A DNA stretch of 64,000 nt from an uncultured Spirochaetota bacterium. GTDB taxonomy: Bacteria; Spirochaetota; Brevinematia; Brevinematales; JAOACQ01. Below the pieces are notes generated by a model that did not search any database, was not told where the DNA came from, and worked only from the letters and a program-made list of their open reading frames with translations. Numbering within the stretch: the stretch's first letter is position 1; every line of letters starts with the position of its first letter. This document shows, piece by piece, positions 32,931 to 42,451 of the stretch. The stretch lies in contig CAVYGN010000002.1 of NCBI GenBank assembly GCA_963768055.1, positions 1,248,001 through 1,312,000 of the forward strand. Direction: 5' to 3'. Made by a program: the position numbers and the translations under genes.

Positions 32931-34304
32931 ATGGATGACGGCGTATTGGAAGATATCAAGAAGGAAAATTTAAATAAACGTATGAACTTCTTCATCGTGA
33001 TACAGAAGATGTTCAAGGGATATCCTATAGAAATCGGTTTTTTTGACTGCGCTTTTCAGCCCCTGGCTCCTACTTCATTTACTTCCGAAACGGCGAGGCT
33101 TATAGCAAACCTCAGCGGGCAGAAAAAACTGAACATTAAAAAAGATATGAACTACTATTATTTTTCAAAGGTGATATCGTCTGAAAATCTGCCGGCTGAA
33201 GATTTTCCCGACGGTTTTTTCCTTAAGGAATTTCCATCGGAGTTTTATGTCATCGGCAAGGTGGAACATGAAAGCGTTAAATTCGAATTTCTCTTTCGCA
33301 TAATTGAAATGATGGTTGAGATGAATATAAGGAATATCCAGGAACAGGGTATAGCTTCCGGCCTCTTCCGCCAGGCCCTTCAGAATACTATAGATGAATT
33401 GAAAAAATACAACGACAGGGAAATCGAACTTCGCACTTCTTTTCAAAAATATATCCCCGCCAGGGTAGTCAACGAGATCATGAGCAAAAATAAAAACGAT
33501 CTGATGAAGGGGCAGATCAGCGAAGTAACTATCCTGTTTACCGATATCAGAGGATTTTCCTCCCTGGCGGAAAAATATTCGACAGAAAATGTAGTTTCTA
33601 TGCTTAACGACTACTTTTCATTTATGATAGATATTGTGCTTGAAAACGGGGGGGATATATATAAATTCATGGGAGACGGGATGATGGCGGTTTTTGAAAG
33701 CGGAAAAGATAATGCGTTCAAGGCTTTGAATACTGCCCTGCAGATAAAAAAGGGACTGGTATCTTTTAATGATAAAAGGAAGAAGAACGATCAATTTCTA
33801 ATAAATATGGGGATCGGAATCCATACAGGAAAGGTTCTGATCGGAAATATCGGAAATGAAAAACGAAGCGATTATACCTTGATCGGGGATGCTGTAAACA
33901 TAGCGAGCAGGCTGGAAAACCTGACTATAAAATATAACGCCTTCCTGGTAATTACAGATACAACGTATAAATTGATCCAGGACAGGATTGTCGCGAGGGA
34001 ACTTGACAGTATCAGGCTCCGGGGCAGGAAATCCCCTCTCGTTATTTATGACGTCCTTGGTTACCAGGACGAGATCAATGACACGATCATTTCCGCTCTC
34101 AAGGAATATAACCAGGGCCTGATACAGTACAGGATAAAAAGATGGGAAGGCGCGATGGTCCATTTTAACAAAGTCTTGAGCTATTTGAACGAAGACGAAC
34201 CCTCGAATATCTACCTGAAACGCTGCACATTTTATTATTCGAACCCGCCGTCTGAAGAATGGGACGGCGTGATAGATTCGGAAAACCTGGGGTATGATTT
34301 TTAA
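32931..34304 (+). CDS. Class III adenylate cyclase with C-terminal TPR-like region
   Basis: TILFTDIRGFS, YKFMGDG (Lys suggests ATP specificity), DYTLIGDAVNIASRLE. Confidence 0.9.
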   Translation: MDDGVLEDIKKENLNKRMNFFIVIQKMFKGYPIEIGFFDCAFQPLAPTSFTSETARLIANLSGQKKLNIKKDMNYYYFSKVISSENLPAEDFPDGFFLKEFPSEFYVIGKVEHESVKFEFLFRIIEMMVEMNIRNIQEQGIASGLFRQALQNTIDELKKYNDREIELRTSFQKYIPARVVNEIMSKNKNDLMKGQISEVTILFTDIRGFSSLAEKYSTENVVSMLNDYFSFMIDIVLENGGDIYKFMGDGMMAVFESGKDNAFKALNTALQIKKGLVSFNDKRKKNDQFLINMGIGIHTGKVLIGNIGNEKRSDYTLIGDAVNIASRLENLTIKYNAFLVITDTTYKLIQDRIVARELDSIRLRGRKSPLVIYDVLGYQDEINDTIISALKEYNQGLIQYRIKRWEGAMVHFNKVLSYLNEDEPSNIYLKRCTFYYSNPPSEEWDGVIDSENLGYDF

Positions 34305-34594
34305 GCGTTCAAACAATATACTGAATTCTTTAGGAAACAATATTTTTATCGAGCAGTACTCGAATGCTTGAGCTGCAACGGCTCAAAACGGCAGCAAGCG
34401 TTGATTGAATGCTTTTTTATTAAAGAAATTTTTATCATCTGTATGAATAGATTAAATACAATGAACGGTCTCGGATAAACGCCTGCTTCGCCGTTTTTCG
34501 CCGGCAGCTCTTATACCCTCCGGGCACAAGCGCTCTTCGTAAGGCTCGATAAAAAAATTGTTTTCCACAAAATTTTATATTGTTTTGAATCGGC
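34305..34594. repeat. Long imperfect palindromic element, copy B (longer apical loop)
   Basis: Same termini and core as 19965-20158. Confidence 0.85.
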
Positions 34595-34654
34595 AGGAAT
34601 GGGGGGTCTCCGTAACTTCCCGTAAAACCTGTGTAAAATATTTTAATAAAATAC

Positions 34655-34688
34655 TTGAATTTTTGTAAATAACTTTGTAATATAAAGT
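34655..34688 (+). promoter_or_regulatory. Sigma70-like promoter with overlapping operator palindrome
   Basis: TTGAAT-N17-TAATAT; ACTTTGTAATATAAAGT (34672-34688) covers the -10 box. Confidence 0.7.
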
Positions 34689-34707
34689 AGAAAGGATAGG
34701 AGTTTTT

Positions 34708-35262
34708 ATGCAGGACGAGAGTGTAAATCAATTTGAGAAGCTGGTTGAAAAAAGAAGCGCCAGGGGCAAGATTGCGGGCGGGGAGGTTTTCGCCTTCTGG
34801 GGCATATTGAATTTGATTGGATACTTTACTTATTTCTTTTTATGGACTTCAATAATAGTATGGGTGATAATGATGGTGATAGGGGTAATTGTTCAAATAT
34901 TTTATGTGGAGCGAATTAAAAAAAAAGACGGCTATCAATTATTCTGGACAGGGATAATCAATCAATTATGGCTTTTCATACTCGTCCTATTGCCGTTTCT
35001 TTTTTATATTTTCCCGTTTGTATTTAAAATTTATTCACCGATTGCAATATTCCCTTTAATATTTCTGTGGCTTTCGATCGGATCTTTGATAACAGGCCTG
35101 ATCGTTGAACAATTGAGCTTTACGCTGGGAGGGTTAATATTATTTGTGTCATCGATTTTACTCGTTTTATTTATTGACGAACTGATTATAATTTACCCAG
35201 CTACAATAACAGCAGGCGTTATCATACCGGGTATCTGGAGCAGGTATGAAGAAAAAAAGTGA
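34708..35262 (+). CDS. Multi-TM membrane protein (paralog of 35580-36143)
   Basis: About 6 hydrophobic segments; shares GxE(V/I)FxxWG and G(V/L)IIPGI with its paralog. Confidence 0.85.
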   Translation: MQDESVNQFEKLVEKRSARGKIAGGEVFAFWGILNLIGYFTYFFLWTSIIVWVIMMVIGVIVQIFYVERIKKKDGYQLFWTGIINQLWLFILVLLPFLFYIFPFVFKIYSPIAIFPLIFLWLSIGSLITGLIVEQLSFTLGGLILFVSSILLVLFIDELIIIYPATITAGVIIPGIWSRYEEKK

Positions 35263-35587
35263 AGAAAGAGAGGAGTCAGAGTACTATCTTGACAGTCTCT
35301 TAACTACTGAAATCCGTTTTTTCTTAATGACTATCCTGGCTATGTACGATTCGGCGGATTTTAATTTTTTAAAAAATGAACTTTCGGCAAGCGATGGAAA
35401 CTTAAGCGTGAATCTTACAAAACTTGAAGATGCGGGATATATTTCATCTAAAAAGGAATTCGTGGGGAAAAAACCTAAAACAACCTATAAAATAACCGAC
35501 CTTGGGCTGGAAAAGCTGTCAATGCATATAAACAAGATCGACAGCTTCAAACAATTGCTTGATATTAAGGAGAAAACAGATGGATAA
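35246..35587 (+). CDS. Winged-helix transcriptional regulator (MarR/ArsR-like)
   Basis: ADFNFLKNELSASDGNLSVNLTKLEDAGYI...KPKTTYKIT. Confidence 0.9.
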   Translation: MKKKSEEREESEYYLDSLLTTEIRFFLMTILAMYDSADFNFLKNELSASDGNLSVNLTKLEDAGYISSKKEFVGKKPKTTYKITDLGLEKLSMHINKIDSFKQLLDIKEKTDG

Positions 35588-36143
35588 AACGTTTGATAAA
35601 CTCAAGGATTTGATAGAAAAACGGAAAGTAAGGATAAAAAATTCGGGAAGTGAAATTTTTATTATTTGGGGCGTGATCTTATTGGCGGGTTATATTGTCA
35701 AGGCATTTATTATTAAATCAGAATGGGTTTTTCTCATTACGATGATTTCGGGAATCATAGCTCAGGTAGCCTTTATTGCGGTAAAAAAGAAGGCTAAAGG
35801 ACATGAATTATTGTGGAATAACACTATGAGTATCATGTGGATTTATACTATTCTTATTATTATTTTGCTGGGGGAGGTTTTTCCGGTTTATTTTAAGCTT
35901 TATTCCGACCAGGCCGGAACAGTCCTTATTTATCTCTTTGTTTGTCCGGCATTGTTCATATCCGGCCTATGGCTTAAAAAATGGAGCATAAAATTAAGCT
36001 GCTTTGTTTTTATCCTGGCTTCCATTTTTATGGTCCTGCCTTTTCCTGAAAATAAAACGATAGTCATTATTGCGGTCATCATTCTGGGGCTTATCATTCC
36101 TGGAATAGCGGGAAAACTGGAAGAAAAATACTCTCGGAATTAA
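35580..36143 (+). CDS. Multi-TM membrane protein (paralog of 34708-35262)
   Basis: Hydrophobic segments; AGGAG RBS. Confidence 0.85.
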   Translation: MDKTFDKLKDLIEKRKVRIKNSGSEIFIIWGVILLAGYIVKAFIIKSEWVFLITMISGIIAQVAFIAVKKKAKGHELLWNNTMSIMWIYTILIIILLGEVFPVYFKLYSDQAGTVLIYLFVCPALFISGLWLKKWSIKLSCFVFILASIFMVLPFPENKTIVIIAVIILGLIIPGIAGKLEEKYSRN

Positions 36144-36371
36144 AGCGGCATTGAAGATGCTTTCACCGAACCGGCCGGCAAATCGCTTTATTCGATTTAT
36201 TCCCCTTCTCATCATCAAATAACGCCTTCTCATCAAGAAAAGCTATGCAGTCATACTATCCGAATGTTATAATAACTTATCCCAACTTATGAAATCAGGA
36301 ATATTTAAAGCATTTTGGATTGATAATTTGAATTCTTATTGAGATCAAGGAAAATATTTTTTTCAAATCTA

Positions 36372-36405
36372 TTGACAAAATCAAAAGTACTTTATATAAT
36401 AAAGC
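36372..36405 (+). promoter_or_regulatory. Consensus sigma70 promoter with overlapping operator
   Basis: TTGACA(36372)-N17-TATAAT(36395); ACTTTATATAATAAAGC at 36389-36405. Confidence 0.85.
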
Positions 36406-36440
36406 ATATTCATATTATAAAGCTGATTTTGGGATGTTTT

Positions 36441-37673
36441 ATGAAAAAACAAATAATTTTATTCTCGATAATTTTCATTTTTTCAAATGCAGGGGCAGCA
36501 GTGACTATAAATAAAATTAAGGTTATCGGGAATACTCATACGCAAACGGAAACCATACTGGCGTTTGTGCCGGAACTGAAAGAAAAAAGCGAATATAACG
36601 AAGAGGAATTGACCAATATTATTAAAAGAGGCAAAGAGAGGCTGGATATCACGGGCTGGTTTTACAGCACGGAAATTTATATAACTCCTTCGCAGGAGGG
36701 AACCAATTTCAGGAACATTGTCATAGAAGTGGCCGACGGTTTTTTAATCCGTCCCGGCGGAGGCGCTATATACGGTGTTTACGGCATGGATAATATATAT
36801 GGCAACGGTGAGTTTTACTCTGTAGATTTGGGATGGAATGCGCAATATATCGATTTCGGGAGCTATTTTGTTAATAAAGATGTGTTTTTTAAAATCGGCC
36901 TTGGAAATATGCCGTCAGGCTTTTATACAAATACGGAAACGAATGCATATAATTGGAATTCAATACAAAATATCGGAAGTTATCAGGAGATCGGGTGCAG
37001 GTTCAATTATGATTTCAGCCTTAGTTTATCGAATACCGTAAATTATATTTTTTCGGATAATTACTCCTGCATAGGCGGTTACGATTCTATAAGCGTCGCA
37101 GCCCTGCTTGATGCCAGGCCGGATATTTACTCTTCATCCCATGGATATTTTGCCGGGATTACATACAGTTATATCTTTCCATTTGAATCTTGCCTGTATC
37201 CTTTCAACCGTTTTAAATTTGAGGCTGACAAGTATATTTCAATAATTCCAGGATATGATAATTTGACCCTGGCTTTAAAATTAGATGGGCAGTTCCAGGA
37301 TAACGAAACACAGATCTATTATCCGGATTATTTGAAGCTTTCGCTTGCCGGGATCGACGGAATAAGAAGCTTGAACGACCCGGATTTAATTGGAAATATT
37401 TTGCTGGACGGCCATGCTGAATTACGCTGGGATTTTTTTCAAACCGCGTTTTTCGGGATTTTTAATATGGATTTCGAGATACTGTCATTTTTTGATACGG
37501 GCGAGGCCGCAGAAGGCGCCGAGTATTTTACCCGGGATAAAATCCAATACGCCTACGGGGCAGGCCTGAGAATATTTTTCAGGGAGCCTATCTATATTCC
37601 TTTAAGATTCGAATTCGGATGGGATAAATTGGGCGATATGTCGTTTTTTTTCAGCATGAGCGCGCCTTTTTAA
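36441..37673 (+). CDS. Omp85/BamA-TamA superfamily protein with a single POTRA domain
   Basis: Signal peptide, INKIKVIGNTHT POTRA start, YGAGLRI...PLRFEFGW, C-terminal Phe. Confidence 0.8.
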   Translation: MKKQIILFSIIFIFSNAGAAVTINKIKVIGNTHTQTETILAFVPELKEKSEYNEEELTNIIKRGKERLDITGWFYSTEIYITPSQEGTNFRNIVIEVADGFLIRPGGGAIYGVYGMDNIYGNGEFYSVDLGWNAQYIDFGSYFVNKDVFFKIGLGNMPSGFYTNTETNAYNWNSIQNIGSYQEIGCRFNYDFSLSLSNTVNYIFSDNYSCIGGYDSISVAALLDARPDIYSSSHGYFAGITYSYIFPFESCLYPFNRFKFEADKYISIIPGYDNLTLALKLDGQFQDNETQIYYPDYLKLSLAGIDGIRSLNDPDLIGNILLDGHAELRWDFFQTAFFGIFNMDFEILSFFDTGEAAEGAEYFTRDKIQYAYGAGLRIFFREPIYIPLRFEFGWDKLGDMSFFFSMSAPF

Positions 37674-37711
37674 TATAGAGGATAGATAAAAATGATTACG
37701 TGGAGGCAATC

Positions 37712-38461
37712 ATGAAAAATATTATAATAACAATGATATTTGTTTGTTTATATGCCGGGAGGGTATTCCCGACAACCTTCGATGAGTGCAGTTCGCTTGA
37801 AATGTTTTTCGGGAAAGGCCCGGCGGCCTTACATCAAAAGATCGGCGAATACGAGGCCAGGTTAAAGGCCGATAGCGGCGATTATTATGCCGACCTTGCG
37901 CTTGGGATCCTTTACTTCGGCCTGGCATACCCGGCGGATAATAACGAAAAGGGAGCGGGCCAGAAGGCGATAGATTATACCGACAAATTCCTGTCCAGGG
38001 AACATGACAATCCACTGGCTATGATTTACAATGGTGGGGGCCATGGGTTCATCGCCAGGGATTCCGGCAATATCTTTGTAAAAATGCTCGAGGTAAATAA
38101 AGCCTTAGGAATAGAAGACAAAGCCGTAACTTTAGCCCAAGGAAAAAGTTACGAATGGAATATCCGTTTCTTACGCGCTAATTTCTTTATGAACCTCCCG
38201 GATTTCTATAAAAAAAGGGATACGGCGGTAAAAGATTACAGGTTTATCGAAACCGAATATGATAAAAATACCAATAATCATAATATTGAAGGGATCATGG
38301 GCACAGTTTATTTCTATCTCGGCGAAATAGAAAAATCCAATACGAATATCGATAAAGCCGTTGAATACTGGAAAAGATCCGTCAGGTTGAACGCCAGGTA
38401 TTCTTTTAATTCATATGAAGCCAGAAAGGCCAAAAAAGAACTGGAAACCTTATCCGATTAA
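37712..38461 (+). CDS. Exported TPR-like helical protein, paralog 1
   Basis: Signal peptide; YFYLGEIEK...KAVEYWKRSV TPR-like motif. Confidence 0.75.
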   Translation: MKNIIITMIFVCLYAGRVFPTTFDECSSLEMFFGKGPAALHQKIGEYEARLKADSGDYYADLALGILYFGLAYPADNNEKGAGQKAIDYTDKFLSREHDNPLAMIYNGGGHGFIARDSGNIFVKMLEVNKALGIEDKAVTLAQGKSYEWNIRFLRANFFMNLPDFYKKRDTAVKDYRFIETEYDKNTNNHNIEGIMGTVYFYLGEIEKSNTNIDKAVEYWKRSVRLNARYSFNSYEARKAKKELETLSD

Positions 38462-38491
38462 TGATATAATTTTTAGTTAAAGGAGTTATTT

Positions 38492-39241
38492 ATGAAAAGG
38501 ATTATTGCAGCAGCGGTTTTTTTGTGTATGTATGCCGGGTCTGTATTTCCGACTACCTTCGATGAGTGCAGCGGGCTCATAATGTATTTCGGGAAAGGCC
38601 CCGCGGTTTTACATCAAAAGATCGGCGAATACGAGAAGAAGTTAAAAACCGATTCTAACGATTATTATGCCGAACTGGCGCTTGGGATCCTTTACCTGCC
38701 GCTGGCATACCCGGCGGATAGTCATGAAAGCGGCGCCCTTCAAAAATTGATCGATTACACCGGCAAATTCCTGGCAAGGGAACCTGAAAATCCCCTGGCT
38801 CTGATCTATAACGGCGAGGGGCATGGACTTGCTGCCAGGGACACTAACGATCTGCTGGTTAAAATATTCGAGGCCAATAAAGGTGTGGAAGTATGCGATA
38901 AAGCCGTAAAACTTGCCGCGGGAAAAAGTTACGAATGGAATATCCGTTTCTTGAGGGCGAACAGCTATGTAAACTACCCGGAATTTTTCAAAAAAAAGGA
39001 TGTGGCGGCAGCCGATTACCGGTTTGTTGAAACCGAATACAATAAAAATACTAACGATCAGTACATGGAAGGTGTAATGGGCTCAGTTTACTTCTATCTC
39101 GGCGAAATAGAAAAATCCAATACGAATATGGATAAAGCGGTCTTGTACTGGAAAAAATCGGTTAAAATAAACACCAAGTATTCTAACGATTCATATGAAG
39201 CCAGGAAAGCAAAAAAAGAGCTTGAAACTTTTACGGATTAA
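38492..39241 (+). CDS. Exported TPR-like helical protein, paralog 2
   Basis: Colinear with paralog 1 (FPTTFDECS, GKSYEWNIRFLRAN). Confidence 0.75.
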   Translation: MKRIIAAAVFLCMYAGSVFPTTFDECSGLIMYFGKGPAVLHQKIGEYEKKLKTDSNDYYAELALGILYLPLAYPADSHESGALQKLIDYTGKFLAREPENPLALIYNGEGHGLAARDTNDLLVKIFEANKGVEVCDKAVKLAAGKSYEWNIRFLRANSYVNYPEFFKKKDVAAADYRFVETEYNKNTNDQYMEGVMGSVYFYLGEIEKSNTNMDKAVLYWKKSVKINTKYSNDSYEARKAKKELETFTD

Positions 39242-39290
39242 TAAAGTTAATGATGGGGGGCGTCCCTATAAAACAAAAAAGGAGAATAAA

Positions 39291-39953
39291 ATGTTCATAA
39301 GCGTAAACAATGTATCAAAAACCTATAAAATGGATAAGGTTGAGATCCAGGCGTTAAAGAACGTAAGTCTTGATATCGAGGCCGGGGATTTTATCTGCCT
39401 TATGGGACCAAGCGGAGCCGGTAAATCCACCCTTCTTCATATAATAGGATGTATCGAGAACCCGACAGAGGGGGATGTGATAATTCATGGCAGCAATGTA
39501 AAAAAAATGAAAGATAAAACCCTTTCGCTTTTCAGGAACGCTCACATAGGCTTCATCTTTCAGAGTTTTAATCTGTTATCAGTTTTGACAGTTTATGAAA
39601 ATGTGGAATATCCCCTGATGATCAGAGGGGGTAAAGTGGACAGGGAACATGTCATTTCAGTTATCGAATCGGTCGGCCTCAAGGACTACATGAAACACAG
39701 GCCTGACGAGCTTTCAGGAGGACAGAGGCAGAGAGTGGCGGTAGCCAGGGCGCTTGTGACAAGTCCTGACATAATAATAGCAGATGAGCCGACAGCTAAT
39801 CTCGATTCCAAAACCGGCGACAGGATCATAGACCTGCTCCTCGATTTAAACAGGAAGTCCAATACAGCATTCCTGTTTTCGACCCATAACGAAGCCGTCT
39901 CAAAATATGCTAAACGCATAGTGCATATTCTGGATGGGGAATTTCAGGACTAA
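39291..39953 (+). CDS. ABC ATP-binding protein (LolD/MacB-like)
   Basis: GPSGAGKST, LSGGQRQRVA, ADEPTANLD, STH. Confidence 0.95.
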   Translation: MFISVNNVSKTYKMDKVEIQALKNVSLDIEAGDFICLMGPSGAGKSTLLHIIGCIENPTEGDVIIHGSNVKKMKDKTLSLFRNAHIGFIFQSFNLLSVLTVYENVEYPLMIRGGKVDREHVISVIESVGLKDYMKHRPDELSGGQRQRVAVARALVTSPDIIIADEPTANLDSKTGDRIIDLLLDLNRKSNTAFLFSTHNEAVSKYAKRIVHILDGEFQD

Positions 39954-39971
39954 CACAACAGGGAGGATCAG

Positions 39972-41195
39972 ATGTTTTATTTCAAGATCGGGTTCAGGAA
40001 TATAATAAAGAATATAAGAAAAACCTCGCTTACAATGGCGACGCTTGTTGTAGGAATGGCGGCGCTTCTGGTCTACAGCGGTAATAATACAAATATGTTC
40101 AGAAATATGAGGGAGATGCTGATTAAAACACAGTACGGGCATTTCCAGGTCTATGCAAAGGGCTTTTTGCAATACGGGAAAGATTTTCCCTTTGACTATC
40201 TTATAGGCGATTATAAAAAGGCTGCTCTAGAAATAAAAAGGATACCGGAAGTCAAATTCGTCGCGCCGAGGCTGTCCTTTACTGGGTTGATTTCAGGAGA
40301 CAAACTAAGCACAGTAGTAATGGGGCTTGCAGGCAGCCCTGAAGAGGAAAAATTGATGAATTCGTCCCTTATAACAAACGGCGATTTTATAAGCTCCGAC
40401 GATCCCTCGGGAATAGTCGCCGGGGATAACCTGCTGCGTAAGCTTTCCGGGGGCCCGGGAGACAGCTTTACGATAATGACCACCATGAAAGGTGGCGGTA
40501 TAAATGGTATGGATGCGACGGTCAGGGGGGTCAGAAAAGGCTTCGGGGAGTTCGACCAGATCGGTAAAATGTTCGTTCTGGCCAACATTGAAAGAGTTCA
40601 AAAGCTCCTGAATGTAGGCGATTCCGCAGGAAGTTTGGTCGTAATGCTGAACAAGACTGAGGATGTCACGAAAGCGGAAAAGCGGATCAGTTCAATATGC
40701 AATAAATTCGGGCTTGAATACAGAAGATGGGACCAGCTGGCGGTATTTTATAAAAGCGTAAAGGCAATGTACGATATGAATATCCTGATCATCACGATCA
40801 TCATACTGGCAATCCTGGTCTTTATAATAGCGAATACGATGTCGATGAACCTTCTTGAAAGAATACGCGAGATCGGGACTATCAGGGCGCTGGGTACGAC
40901 AAGGATGAAAGTTGTCAATATTTTCCTTGCTGAAAGCGCGTTGATAGGGGTCATCGGAAGTATAGCGGGCGCTTTCTTCGGATTACTGCTCGCCGCAGTA
41001 ATAAATGCAAGCGGGGGTATTTATCATGAGGCCAATATGTATGCTCCCAACGGCTATACTACTTTTATCGAACCCGAAACCCTGGGAATAATCGTTTATA
41101 TTGTCCTCTTTATAATAATTGCAGTGGTCTCCGCGTTTGCAACAGCCCGAAAGGCTTCGAAAATGGCAATTGCCGACGCCCTGAGATGGATTTAA
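39972..41195 (+). CDS. ABC permease, FtsX/LolC-E family
   Basis: ERIREIGTIRALG, 4-TM pattern, C-terminal ADALRWI. Confidence 0.93.
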   Translation: MFYFKIGFRNIIKNIRKTSLTMATLVVGMAALLVYSGNNTNMFRNMREMLIKTQYGHFQVYAKGFLQYGKDFPFDYLIGDYKKAALEIKRIPEVKFVAPRLSFTGLISGDKLSTVVMGLAGSPEEEKLMNSSLITNGDFISSDDPSGIVAGDNLLRKLSGGPGDSFTIMTTMKGGGINGMDATVRGVRKGFGEFDQIGKMFVLANIERVQKLLNVGDSAGSLVVMLNKTEDVTKAEKRISSICNKFGLEYRRWDQLAVFYKSVKAMYDMNILIITIIILAILVFIIANTMSMNLLERIREIGTIRALGTTRMKVVNIFLAESALIGVIGSIAGAFFGLLLAAVINASGGIYHEANMYAPNGYTTFIEPETLGIIVYIVLFIIIAVVSAFATARKASKMAIADALRWI

Positions 41196-41208
41196 AGGAG
41201 AATAAATT

Positions 41209-42429
41209 ATGTTCTATTTAAAATTAGGTTTTAGAAACCTCTTAAAAAATAAAAGAAGGACATTGTCGACGATGCTGACGATCATCATCGGTATGTCGGC
41301 TCTTATACTGGCAAAGGGATTTATTAATTACAGCTTATGGGGACTCAGGGAGACGATAATTAACGGCGGGATCGGGCACTTCCAGATATTCAAAAAGGGA
41401 TTTTTAAGCCATGGGGATGAAAAACCCTACGATTACCTTATAACAGGCTATAAGAAGATAATAAGGGAGCTTTTCAATATCCCGGGAATGAAGATCGTTA
41501 CGCCAAGATTGAGGTTCCAGGGCATAATGGCAAGCGCCGATAAGAGCGCAATAGTTTTCGGAACTGCCGGCAACCCTGAAGACGAAGCGCAGTTCACAAC
41601 ATTTACAAGCCTCAACGAGGGGAAGAAGTTGAGCGATACCAACCAGTTCGATTTAACAATAGGAAGCGGCCTTGCAAGGAGCATATCGGGCAAAACAGGC
41701 GATCCATGCACAATCATTGTATCCATGAAAGACGGAGGCGTCAATGCGCTTGATTTTAATATTTCAGGTATAGTCCAGAGCCAGATAGCGGAATTGGATG
41801 ACGTATACGCCCTGGCAAACCTGAAAACGATCCAGAATCTTCTCAACATATCTAATTCGATCGATACCCTCGCCGTCATGCTGACTAAAACCGAGGATGT
41901 GGAGAAGGTTGAACCTGCCATCAACAACCTGTGCAATAAATTCGGGCTTGAATACAGGCGATGGGACCAGATCATGCCTTATTATTATGTCGCGAGGGAT
42001 TTTTACACTTCGGCTATGAACGTAGCCATGCTGATCATCTTCGCGATCGTGATCTTCGCCATTGCAAACACGATGAATATGATACTGTTTGAAAGGATCC
42101 GCGAGATCGGCACGATAAGATCCCTGGGCACCACAAGGATAAAGGTGATGAAAATATTTATGTCGGAGAGCGTTTTATTAGGTTTCTTTGGAGGACTACT
42201 CGGCGTCATTGCAGGGGTGATCCTGGCCCAGATAGTTAATTCGTCTGGCGGGATCCCTATCCCCCCTCCGCCGGGCAATTCCAGGGGATACACGGCCTTT
42301 ATCCATCCGGACTTCCTGGGCTGTTTATTTTATTTTGTTTTGTTCCTGGGGGTATCGGCAATTGCGGTAACTTACCCGGCGTTAAAGGCGGCCAGGATGG
42401 TAATCTCCGACGCCCTTCGCTGGATATAA
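41209..42429 (+). CDS. ABC permease, FtsX/LolC-E family
   Basis: ERIREIGTIRSLG, PPPPG loop, C-terminal DALRWI. Confidence 0.93.
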   Translation: MFYLKLGFRNLLKNKRRTLSTMLTIIIGMSALILAKGFINYSLWGLRETIINGGIGHFQIFKKGFLSHGDEKPYDYLITGYKKIIRELFNIPGMKIVTPRLRFQGIMASADKSAIVFGTAGNPEDEAQFTTFTSLNEGKKLSDTNQFDLTIGSGLARSISGKTGDPCTIIVSMKDGGVNALDFNISGIVQSQIAELDDVYALANLKTIQNLLNISNSIDTLAVMLTKTEDVEKVEPAINNLCNKFGLEYRRWDQIMPYYYVARDFYTSAMNVAMLIIFAIVIFAIANTMNMILFERIREIGTIRSLGTTRIKVMKIFMSESVLLGFFGGLLGVIAGVILAQIVNSSGGIPIPPPPGNSRGYTAFIHPDFLGCLFYFVLFLGVSAIAVTYPALKAARMVISDALRWI

Positions 42430-42451
42430 TAGAAAAAGGAGGCAAATCTAT

